Shown here piece by piece: positions 27,113-34,122 of a stretch of 35,211 nucleotides of DNA. A program made the position numbers and the translations under genes. The stretch spans positions 1-35,211 of the IMG/VR virus record IMGVR_UViG_3300028025_002403, one strand, 5' to 3'. The stretch is from a virus. Lineage: Duplodnaviria > Caudoviricetes. Positions within the stretch are counted from its first letter, which is position 1. Each line of letters begins with the position of its first letter. The notes below the pieces were generated by a model. That model was not told where the DNA came from. It saw only the letters and a program-made list of their open reading frames with translations, and searched no databases.

Positions 27113-27585
27113 GTTTAGATCATCGCGTTATTGAGATGATTAAGCACCATGAGGGCGTTCGTACTAAGCCGTACCAATGCCCCGCTTTGATTTGGACTGT
27201 TGGCGTAGGCCATGTAATCGATCAATCACATATCAAAATACCGTTAGCCGAACGTAAATCCTTGCCAATCCCTAACGGCTGGGACAGAACTTTATCTATG
27301 GGAGAAGTAGATGAGATGCTTACTAAAGATCTGGTCAGTTTTGAAAATGGCGTACGCCGACTATGCCCTAATGGCCTTACTCCTGGTCGCCTTGGTGCTT
27401 TAACTAGCTTTGCATTTAACGTTGGACTGGGTAATCTCCAGCGTTCTACTCTTAGAATGAAACACAATCGAGGTGATTATGAAGGTGCCGCCGAGGCCTT
27501 TCTTGATTGGACTAAGGCTGGCGGCAAGGTACTCAAAGGATTAGTTACAAGGCGCAATGATGAGCGCGCCCTGTACCTTAGCTAG
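27109..27585 (+). CDS. endolysin, GH24 lysozyme
   Basis: HEG..PY.C....WT.G.GH, ALTSFAFNVG, W.KAGGKVLKGLVTRR..E. Confidence 0.95.
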   Translation: MSLDHRVIEMIKHHEGVRTKPYQCPALIWTVGVGHVIDQSHIKIPLAERKSLPIPNGWDRTLSMGEVDEMLTKDLVSFENGVRRLCPNGLTPGRLGALTSFAFNVGLGNLQRSTLRMKHNRGDYEGAAEAFLDWTKAGGKVLKGLVTRRNDERALYLS

Positions 27586-28513
27586 CATCTAGCATTGCCC
27601 TACGCTTTTGCTTGTGCGCAGTCATGCCAGCCTTTTGAACTGCGGTCAACATTCCTAAGACATCTGCGTTAAGGGTGTTGAACTCACCAATCTTGCTAGC
27701 CTTAACCTCTTTGGACAGCTTTGATCTGGCAACCTTATCAGCCATATCGTTATAAGACTCCATCCAATCGTCAATACTTACGGCAAATAATGGCTCCTTG
27801 CCTGGGATGTTGAGTCTGAAAGTGCCAGGCTTTTGTAATGGCTCAGCTACCTCAACTGGTTCAACTGTTGTATTAATGAGACACTCTTCAGCTGGTACTT
27901 CCAAAATTTCTGGCTCTAAAACTGACAATTCTGGAATAGCATCTAGCGGGTTAGTGAACTGCTTGGGCGGCGTAATATCCTTTTCCTCTACTGGCATATC
28001 CTGAGCCTCTTCAGCGGTAATCAAACCCTTTAAGACATCTGGGAAAGCATCGCGTAAAGCAAACCCTCTAGCTCGCATCTGAAGCATACGCTTAGGGTAC
28101 TGAGACCAAGGCCCTTGCTTGCCCCATAAGCCAGCTCGCTTAGCATCCTCTACTGAGTACTTAGAGATGACTTCAGAACGGCCTTTACGCTTGACCTTGC
28201 AGATCGCGACAGGGTTGCTAGTGCCATCGCCCTCAATCGTCTCCTGGACATCCTCACAGACTGGGCTAGCTTGCACTAAAGCCATAGCCGCATCGCCATA
28301 TACGCTTGGCTTGCCATTGATAACGGATATGTTTTGCAATGCCTGGAGGGGTGCAAGACCAATCTCATATCCCCATTGAACCGCTACCAGTACATCCTCT
28401 GGTTTATTCTGGTAATTTTTTGGAACCATCTGGGAGCGAGATAGCATATTGCTGAACTCGATAGCCTCAGTCATTGTCTGCGGCGCAAAACCTTGATGTT
28501 TAATTAAACTCAT
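27578..28513 (-). CDS. recT: RecT/Bet-family ssDNA annealing recombinase
   Basis: G.EIGLAPLQALQNISVING, A.RAGLW.K.GPW..YPKRML..RA..FALRDAFPDVL.G. Confidence 0.85.
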   Translation of the reverse strand: MSLIKHQGFAPQTMTEAIEFSNMLSRSQMVPKNYQNKPEDVLVAVQWGYEIGLAPLQALQNISVINGKPSVYGDAAMALVQASPVCEDVQETIEGDGTSNPVAICKVKRKGRSEVISKYSVEDAKRAGLWGKQGPWSQYPKRMLQMRARGFALRDAFPDVLKGLITAEEAQDMPVEEKDITPPKQFTNPLDAIPELSVLEPEILEVPAEECLINTTVEPVEVAEPLQKPGTFRLNIPGKEPLFAVSIDDWMESYNDMADKVARSKLSKEVKASKIGEFNTLNADVLGMLTAVQKAGMTAHKQKRRAMLDAS

Positions 28514-28752
28514 TTTAAATCCTTTAGTGAATTGATAACTAATGCTGATATTTTTTTTGATAAACCAGCCTTGTTAAATACCTCATAAAAATCAATCTCC
28601 TCTTGTATGTAGTCTTGTAATGAGCCTTCCATCTGCTCAGCTAATACCTTAGGAGCTAGCTTTTTTGCCATGTCTGAAATCTGCTTTTCAGTCATAGACA
28701 TAATGGCGTTTTCTAACATTGACTGCGTAATTAATTCTCTAAAATCTTTCAT
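28510..28752 (-). CDS. hypothetical protein
   Basis: 80 aa, ATGA-coupled, GAAAGG RBS. Confidence 0.7.
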   Translation of the reverse strand: MKDFRELITQSMLENAIMSMTEKQISDMAKKLAPKVLAEQMEGSLQDYIQEEIDFYEVFNKAGLSKKISALVINSLKDLK

Positions 28753-28826
28753 TTTCTACCTTTCAGTTGTTTTCTATTTGCGATCTCTCGCTGGAGTATG
28801 TGCCAAAACGGCGACTTGATAATCAT
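28749..28826 (-). CDS. 25-aa peptide (not in ORF track)
   Basis: MIIKSPFWHILQREIANRKQLKGRK; ATGA overlaps with both neighbours. Confidence 0.55.
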   Translation of the reverse strand: MIIKSPFWHILQREIANRKQLKGRK

Positions 28827-29779
28827 TTCAAAGCCTTAATGGTTAAAGTTGATTGACGAATACTGTAAGCCTCTTTAGCTGGCGTAATGGTTGCTGGCTT
28901 AGCTTTGTAGTTGCGTACTGGCCAACTGATCTGATACTCGCCAGCAATGCCATGCGTATGCTCTCGCATGAGGTTCATTAGCTCAGTCTGAATATTACTA
29001 TTCTCCTCCTCCATCTTGGATATCTTCTGCTTGTTTTCCATTAGCAACTTGGTCAACTCACTAGCGTAATCATCCAGTACGACAGGCTCATCATCTGAGC
29101 CAGTAGCCCAAGTCCTTGCCGCATCTTTAGGATTGGTAGGGGGATAGTAGTCAATCTCGCCAGTCTCTTTGTATCGGTCTAATTTCTCTTGGAATTTTTT
29201 ACTAGTCTCCTCAATCAATCTCAGAGTAGGCAAGTGCTTCTCGAACAAGAAGATACGCAACTGAGTGCCTTGATACAGGGTAGCTACCGCACCCCAACTC
29301 GCTTTCATAATTGCCATCTGCGCTTGCAACTGGATTGGCCCACGATACAAAGGCAGTACATCCTCAGCTGGCATAGAGGTTAGCTTAGCCTCCAGTACGC
29401 CCATGCCATCTAGTTTGATAGAGCCACCGCTAACTACGTAGATGCCCTTGTCAGGGTCGCTTACGATCTCTTGACCTTTGCCGTAGCAAGTGCCATCCAA
29501 AGAGCATGAGAGCGGCCATTTATCATGGAAAAAAGCCTTGTCGTAATCGATCTCTAAATCCTTGCAATCAAGACGGTTAGCCGCCTCTAGCAAGATAGTC
29601 GGCTCCATCTTATTGCCCCAGTCCATAGACTCATTGCTGATATCTGGTGGAGCAATGCCATTGATCGCGTCGATAGAGGCTAATAGCTCATCGTTTGGTG
29701 ATCGATACTGACTCATCCCACAAACCGCTGGCAAGCGGCTTGCAGAGAGCATATCGTTTGGGGTTACTTTTCCGACCAT
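28823..29779 (-). CDS. YqaJ/lambda-exonuclease-like viral recombination nuclease
   Basis: LSAS, WG..ME, CSLDG, LEAK, IQLQAQM motifs; adjacent to RecT. Confidence 0.88.
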   Translation of the reverse strand: MVGKVTPNDMLSASRLPAVCGMSQYRSPNDELLASIDAINGIAPPDISNESMDWGNKMEPTILLEAANRLDCKDLEIDYDKAFFHDKWPLSCSLDGTCYGKGQEIVSDPDKGIYVVSGGSIKLDGMGVLEAKLTSMPAEDVLPLYRGPIQLQAQMAIMKASWGAVATLYQGTQLRIFLFEKHLPTLRLIEETSKKFQEKLDRYKETGEIDYYPPTNPKDAARTWATGSDDEPVVLDDYASELTKLLMENKQKISKMEEENSNIQTELMNLMREHTHGIAGEYQISWPVRNYKAKPATITPAKEAYSIRQSTLTIKALK

Positions 29780-29947
29780 TTAGATCACCGTTTCCGTTCT
29801 AGCCTCAAACCAGGCTGATAAGCTGATAGCGTAGCGCGCTACTTCTGCGGCCATCTCACTAGCTCGTTCGTGATTATTCGCTTGCGCGGCCTTGTGTACC
29901 TCTTGCATGAGGCGATTAATACGCAATAAGTATTCTGAGTAATCCAT
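29780..29947 (-). CDS. hypothetical protein (55 aa, not in ORF track)
   Basis: MDYSEYLLRINRLMQEVHKAAQANNHERASEMAAEVARYAISLSAWFEARTETVI; AAGGAG RBS. Confidence 0.7.
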   Translation of the reverse strand: MDYSEYLLRINRLMQEVHKAAQANNHERASEMAAEVARYAISLSAWFEARTETVI

Positions 29948-30171
29948 TATTTGCTACTCCTTTTGGGTGTTGATACCAGCCAGTAACGTTTCCATTTACG
30001 GGCGCCCTCTGACTCAAACTCGTCAGCGATCTTAAAGCCAGCGCGGCGTAAGTCATGGATGTACTTGGCCAGCCTGGTAATGCCGTAGGTTGTAATTGCA
30101 TCCCAGCTAGTAATACCTTTTTTACGCTTGATAAGATGCTCTTCTATAAGTTGTTGTTGAGTTAAGCTCAT
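29947..30171 (-). CDS. winged HTH protein (HTH_39-like)
   Basis: ITSWDAITTYGITRLAKYIHDLRRAGFKI. Confidence 0.8.
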   Translation of the reverse strand: MSLTQQQLIEEHLIKRKKGITSWDAITTYGITRLAKYIHDLRRAGFKIADEFESEGARKWKRYWLVSTPKRSSK

Positions 30172-30335
30172 TTAAGTTTCCTTTCGTTACGCATTGAGAT
30201 AGTCCGATAAAACTCCCACTTCTTTTGCATCTCTTTATCTTCAGATGGTGGAGTCCAGCCTGTACGTCTTAACGTACGACTGATATCAGTTTTGGCCGAT
30301 GGCACATGCGGGGTTTCAGAATTTAAGATACTCAT
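30168..30335 (-). CDS. hypothetical protein
   Basis: MSILNSETPHVPSAKTDI...GWTPPSE; start at 30335 follows the upstream stop. Confidence 0.6.
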   Translation of the reverse strand: MSILNSETPHVPSAKTDISRTLRRTGWTPPSEDKEMQKKWEFYRTISMRNERKLK

Positions 30336-30336
30336 A

Positions 30337-30480
30337 TCAGCACCCGATTGGTCTAAATGGGCCTTGACTCTGAATATCCCAGCAACACATACCGCCGCGC
30401 CCATCTGGCGCACATTTAACTTGTGCGTAAACTGAGCTAATTGTTAATACGGTTATTGCAATAGCGATTAATGACTTCAT
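30337..30480 (-). CDS. secreted 4-Cys mini-protein (47 aa, not in ORF track)
   Basis: MKSLIAIAITVLTISSVYA-QVKCAPDGRGGMCCWDIQSQGPFRPIGC; AAGGAG RBS, ATGA overlap. Confidence 0.75.
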   Translation of the reverse strand: MKSLIAIAITVLTISSVYAQVKCAPDGRGGMCCWDIQSQGPFRPIGC

Positions 30481-30671
30481 GTAAATCTCCTTGTGAATTT
30501 AAACCACCAACTTAATTTTGCCTCTCTTTTTGCTACATACTCTTCTGACTCTTTGTTGACTCTAGCTATAAATTCCTCAGCGGTTTCGGTTTTTTGCTTT
30601 GGGGTGCCAAGAGCCTTCATCATTGCTGGTGAATATTCGCTACATTGAAATACACCTCCTTCTATGGTCAT
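30477..30671 (-). CDS. hypothetical protein
   Basis: 64 aa; AAGGAG RBS. Confidence 0.65.
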   Translation of the reverse strand: MTIEGGVFQCSEYSPAMMKALGTPKQKTETAEEFIARVNKESEEYVAKREAKLSWWFKFTRRFT

Positions 30672-30682
30672 ACTTTTCTCCT

Positions 30683-30808
30683 TTAGGTAAGCGCAATGAT
30701 GACTACGAAAGCGATAAAGGCTACTGCGCCGATAACCTTATCTAGGGTTGACTCTTCAGACTTGTACAAGTCGCGTGATGACTGGTTATGCTGATTAAAT
30801 GACTTCAT
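30683..30808 (-). CDS. C-terminally anchored membrane peptide (41 aa, not in ORF track)
   Basis: MKSFNQHNQSSRDLYKSEESTLDKVIGAVAFIAFVVIIALT. Confidence 0.65.
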   Translation of the reverse strand: MKSFNQHNQSSRDLYKSEESTLDKVIGAVAFIAFVVIIALT

Positions 30809-30978
30809 TTTTTTAACTCTTCTAATTTAGTGTCAATGCAAATAGTGTTGGTGCGCTCATAAACCGAACCATTCATTCCAACTTGTATGTATAAGCGATC
30901 ATTCTTGCAAACTACTGCTGGGTTGTTATCACAAGCCGTAAGAAATAAAACTGGCAATAATAAAAATAGCTTTTTCAT
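30805..30978 (-). CDS. small lipoprotein (57 aa, not in ORF track)
   Basis: MKKLFLLLPVLFLTA-CD lipobox; GGAGG RBS; two further Cys. Confidence 0.8.
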   Translation of the reverse strand: MKKLFLLLPVLFLTACDNNPAVVCKNDRLYIQVGMNGSVYERTNTICIDTKLEELKK

Positions 30979-31154
30979 TTTTTTAAATCCTCCATGAATT
31001 TGTTAACTAACTTCTCTCTGCGAGCCAAGCGAATACGCCTGGCTAAATCTGAATCCATAATTGCTATGTAGGCACTGGCTAGAATGACGACTGACATCAA
31101 GGCGCATCCAAAAACCAATACCATGAATAGCATTAGGCTAAAGAACTCATACAT
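30975..31154 (-). CDS. single-pass membrane protein (59 aa, not in ORF track)
   Basis: MYEFFSLMLFMVLVFGCALMSVVILASAYIAIM followed by a basic tail; GAGGAG RBS. Confidence 0.7.
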   Translation of the reverse strand: MYEFFSLMLFMVLVFGCALMSVVILASAYIAIMDSDLARRIRLARREKLVNKFMEDLKK

Positions 31155-31798
31155 TCAACTCTCCTCATTAGTTTTGCTACTTGGGCTGGATGCCATTGGC
31201 TATTGCCTTTGGCGGTTTTGATACCGCGATTCTCTAATCCGATAGCGATATCTCGTAGGTTGCCACCTACTCTTGCTACTACTTCTTTTAGGCTTGGCGC
31301 TACTTGCATAGCGTAAGCATTAGACTTGGCAATGATGGCCTCTACGCCACGCTTAGAGCCGAGTTCTGGGTTTGGACTACCTAAGACAGTACCGCGCTCT
31401 TTGGCGGCCTGTAAGGCTGATTTAGTACGCTCTGAGATCTTGCGAGCCTCCCACTCTGCGAATACTGCGGCCATCTGTAAGAAGGTACGATCTGCCTCTG
31501 GCATATCTGCGGCTACAAACTGCACACCAGACTCCAGGAGGCCAGAGATAAAGTGAACGTTACGGGCAAGACGATCTAGCTTGGCGATAACTAAAGTAGC
31601 CTTATGCTTTTTAGCTAAGGCCAGAGCTTGCGCGAGCTGAGGGCGATCGTTCTTACGGCCAGACTCAACCTCTGTAAATTCAGCTACAAGCTGAGCGTCT
31701 TTGATAAAGGCTTTAACGGCTGACTGCTGAGCCTCCAGGCCAAGGCCTGACTGACCTTGGCGCTGGGTTGATACGCGATAGTAGGCTACGTAGCTCAT
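31133..31798 (-). CDS. serine recombinase (resolvase/invertase family) with short C-terminal DNA-binding region
   Basis: YYRVST (catalytic Ser), ESG...RPQL, KLDRLARN, AEWE...ISERTK..L..AK.RG..LG. Confidence 0.95.
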   Translation of the reverse strand: MSYVAYYRVSTQRQGQSGLGLEAQQSAVKAFIKDAQLVAEFTEVESGRKNDRPQLAQALALAKKHKATLVIAKLDRLARNVHFISGLLESGVQFVAADMPEADRTFLQMAAVFAEWEARKISERTKSALQAAKERGTVLGSPNPELGSKRGVEAIIAKSNAYAMQVAPSLKEVVARVGGNLRDIAIGLENRGIKTAKGNSQWHPAQVAKLMRRVECMSSLA

Positions 31799-32010
31799 AC
31801 AGTTACCTCACCGCGTGTATCTGTATGCTCAAAGAAATAAAACTTAACTTGATTGATAAGTTGGTTGGCTTGCTCGGTTCTACCCATTGCAATCAACTCT
31901 TGCGCGTCTGACAGTAAGCCAGCAACATACATATTGATATTGTATTGAGCGCTAAAATGCTTGCTTAGCGCCTCTTCTGTACAACCTAACATTTTTAATT
32001 CTGTACTCAT
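31795..32010 (-). CDS. hypothetical protein, first gene of leftward operon
   Basis: MSTELKMLGC...; AGGAG RBS before ATG 32010. Confidence 0.7.
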   Translation of the reverse strand: MSTELKMLGCTEEALSKHFSAQYNINMYVAGLLSDAQELIAMGRTEQANQLINQVKFYFFEHTDTRGEVTV

Positions 32011-32039
32011 GGTGTTAACTCCTGTATCTCGGTGGTTAA

Positions 32040-32053
32040 TAGCGATATCGCTA
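32040..32053. promoter_or_regulatory. perfect 14-bp palindrome (candidate operator or res core)
   Basis: TAGCGATATCGCTA just downstream of the leftward -10. Confidence 0.6.
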
Positions 32054-32059
32054 AGTGAT

Positions 32060-32087
32060 AATTTAACACAGTCAGAATGGTGGTCAA
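32060..32087 (-). promoter_or_regulatory. leftward sigma70 promoter
   Basis: minus strand TTGACC-N16-TAAATT with TG extension. Confidence 0.65.
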
Positions 32088-32103
32088 GCACAATATGTTG
32101 TGT
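32088..32103. promoter_or_regulatory. NrdR box 1
   Basis: GCACAATATGTTGTGT, 14/16 to consensus acaCwAtATaTwGtgt with all core positions kept. Confidence 0.7.
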
Positions 32104-32140
32104 TTGTTGTAAAAAAGTCTAAGGAATACCCTAATACGCA

Positions 32141-32156
32141 ACACTACATCTTGTGT
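32141..32156. promoter_or_regulatory. NrdR box 2
   Basis: ACACTACATCTTGTGT, 14/16 to consensus; 53 bp from box 1. Confidence 0.7.
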
Positions 32157-32172
32157 TTTCTTAATGTATGAT
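32144..32172 (+). promoter_or_regulatory. rightward promoter (-10 TATGAT, weak -35 inside NrdR box 2)
   Basis: TATGAT at 32167-32172; predicted +1 near 32179. Confidence 0.5.
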
Positions 32173-32178
32173 CTGAGA

Positions 32179-32251
32179 TATCGGGTAGTACTGACACTAT
32201 TCAGCTCAAGTACCGCGAGGCCGAACGACTAAAAAGACTTGCTACCCGATG
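32179..32251 (+). ncRNA. closed multi-stem leader RNA or candidate small RNA
   Basis: ATCGGGTAGTA pairs with TGCTACCCGAT; encloses CTGA-cactat-TCAG and CC-GCGA-GG hairpins. Confidence 0.55.
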
Positions 32252-32270
32252 CCTATAACTGGAGATCAGA

Positions 32271-32444
32271 ATGACCTTACTAATTCCATTCCTGGTGCGC
32301 TTGCGGCCAGATGTTTATAGCCTCTTGCAGACCGTATCTAAAGACCGTAGCAAGTCCATAGCGGCCGTAATCAATGAAGAGTTGAGCAATGCCCTGAGTA
32401 AGAGCGCTGACCTTGATACACGCCTGGATAAGTTGTTAGGATGA
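32271..32444 (+). CDS. Arc-like ribbon-helix-helix regulator (57 aa, not in ORF track)
   Basis: PFLVRLRPDVYSLLQTVSKDRSKSIAAVINEEL; GGAG RBS; first gene of rightward operon. Confidence 0.75.
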   Translation: MTLLIPFLVRLRPDVYSLLQTVSKDRSKSIAAVINEELSNALSKSADLDTRLDKLLG

Positions 32445-32800
32445 TTGTCCTAAATCTGCCATTCCCACCCAGCGTTAATACGTATTACAGACGCGGCGCT
32501 CATGCTACTTACATGAGTAAGCAAGGGCGCGAATATAAGAAGGCCGTAGCTGAGTACATCGCTGAGAGCAACACGCCTAAGCTGGGCGCGGCAAGGCTTA
32601 GCCTGGAGATCGTGCTATGGCCCAAAGACAAGCGTAAATACGATATCGATAACCGCATCAAGGCCTTGTTAGATAGCTTGCAAGATGCTGGCGTATTCGA
32701 TGACGATGAGCAGATAGATCAGATCAACGTCTATCGCGGTACTGGTGAGCATAAAGGTGGCCAGGCAAGGGTTTTAATATGGTTAGAAGGTGAGCAATGA
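32441..32800 (+). CDS. rusA: RusA-family Holliday junction resolvase
   Basis: LPFPPSVNTYY, DIDNRIKALLDSL..AGVFDDDEQI. Confidence 0.92.
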   Translation: MIVLNLPFPPSVNTYYRRGAHATYMSKQGREYKKAVAEYIAESNTPKLGAARLSLEIVLWPKDKRKYDIDNRIKALLDSLQDAGVFDDDEQIDQINVYRGTGEHKGGQARVLIWLEGEQ

Positions 32801-33393
32801 AGGTATTAGTAGCTTGTGAGTTTAGCGGTACTGTTAGGGATGCTTTTATCAAAGCTGGCCATGATGCTATGAGTTGCGATTTAGAGCCAACTTCTACACA
32901 AGGACCGCATTATCAAGGCGATGTAATGGATATTATTAATGATGGATGGGATTTAATGATCGCTCACCCACCATGCACTCACTTGGCCGTATCAGGCGCT
33001 AGGCATTTTTCTAAGAAGATCGCGGATGGGCGCCAGCAACAGGGTATTGACTTCTTTATGGCATTGGCCAACTCAAACATACCTAAATACGCTATTGAGA
33101 ACCCAATAGGAATTATGAGTAGCAAGTGGCGTAAACCAGATCAGATTATCAATCCTTGGGAGTATGGCCATAGCGTTACCAAAGCTACTTGCTTATGGTT
33201 AAAGGGTTTGCCGCCTCTTAAACCTACAAACGTTGTAGATAAGGGAGTTGTATGGGTTGCCAAGAGTGGTAAAAGGATGAGTCAATGGTATTACGATAGC
33301 TCTTGCTTACCACCTAAAGAGAGAGAACGCATGAGGAATAAGACTTTTCAAGGGATAGCTGATGCAATGGCAGAGCAATGGGGCGCGGTATGA
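32797..33393 (+). CDS. C5 DNA cytosine methyltransferase-like protein (short form)
   Basis: VLVACEFSG, WDLMIAHPPC (catalytic PC), IENP, K.TCLW. Confidence 0.7.
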   Translation: MKVLVACEFSGTVRDAFIKAGHDAMSCDLEPTSTQGPHYQGDVMDIINDGWDLMIAHPPCTHLAVSGARHFSKKIADGRQQQGIDFFMALANSNIPKYAIENPIGIMSSKWRKPDQIINPWEYGHSVTKATCLWLKGLPPLKPTNVVDKGVVWVAKSGKRMSQWYYDSSCLPPKERERMRNKTFQGIADAMAEQWGAV

Positions 33394-33587
33394 GCCACGA
33401 GAATGATGTATATACAAAGGCCGTAGAGGCTGATAGTTCAATTACTGGCAAGCGCTGGTGTAGCAACTGCCAGATGGGTAAAGATTATCGGAATGGAGCA
33501 TGGATAATAAGCGCAAACAAAAGGCAAAAAAGGTGGATGTGCAAGGACTGTTACGAGCGGAAGTTAGTGAGGGAGAACCGCAAGTAA
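33390..33587 (+). CDS. small Zn-ribbon protein
   Basis: WCSNC...WMCKDC; ATGA overlap with MTase-like gene. Confidence 0.7.
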   Translation: MSHENDVYTKAVEADSSITGKRWCSNCQMGKDYRNGAWIISANKRQKRWMCKDCYERKLVRENRK

Positions 33588-33850
33588 ATGAGGACAGGCT
33601 CAGATGTTTCGCTTGTAATCAAATTCACCCAGGAGGGCGGTTACTTCGTTTGCCTAATGGCCAGACAGTCGGAAGTTACTCGGAAGAGTACCGCTTGTAT
33701 GCTGAGGCTAGAACCGTACTTAAAAGATTTACAACTCGAAAGACCAGGCAACTGCACCTCGCGAGGGTGGCAGAGATGCGTGGCCATGCTGGCTATGACG
33801 CACTCCGCAACGCCATGCTAGAGATATACAACCGAGAGAATAAAGAATGA
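33500..33850 (+). CDS. hypothetical protein (start uncertain)
   Basis: CFAC..H, YSEEYRLYAEAR...R...L..V...RG pattern seen in phage early genes. Confidence 0.55.
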   Translation: MDNKRKQKAKKVDVQGLLRAEVSEGEPQVNEDRLRCFACNQIHPGGRLLRLPNGQTVGSYSEEYRLYAEARTVLKRFTTRKTRQLHLARVAEMRGHAGYDALRNAMLEIYNRENKE

Positions 33851-34122
33851 TTAAATGTATCGTTAAGGATTGTGAAAACCATAAGCATGAGGGTGGTTCT
33901 GCTGGTGATGTTTGTATGCCATGCTACGAATTTATAACTACTGGCAAAGGTATATATTCTCAGGCTTACAGAAATACATTGCTTAAAGATTTAACTGACG
34001 AAATCTATCAACTTAAAGAGATTATGTATTACGCAATCAAGGCTGGAGACTGGAAAGTAGATGGCGCTTGCGACCCATCTGAGTTGCTTGATGACTTTGT
34101 ACCTAAAGGCCAGGATATATGA
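33847..34122 (+). CDS. hypothetical Cys-containing protein
   Basis: CIVKDC...CMPC, GDWKVDGACDP. Confidence 0.65.
   Translation: MIKCIVKDCENHKHEGGSAGDVCMPCYEFITTGKGIYSQAYRNTLLKDLTDEIYQLKEIMYYAIKAGDWKVDGACDPSELLDDFVPKGQDI

Noticed and set aside
30336-30413. N-terminal extension of ORF 30168-30413
   Set aside because: Overlaps the better-supported secreted peptide gene 30337-30480; true start is likely 30335
32179-32251. tRNA or hammerhead ribozyme
   Set aside because: No TTCRA T-loop, anticodon arm or CCA; CTGACAC does not fit CUGANGA and GAAA is absent
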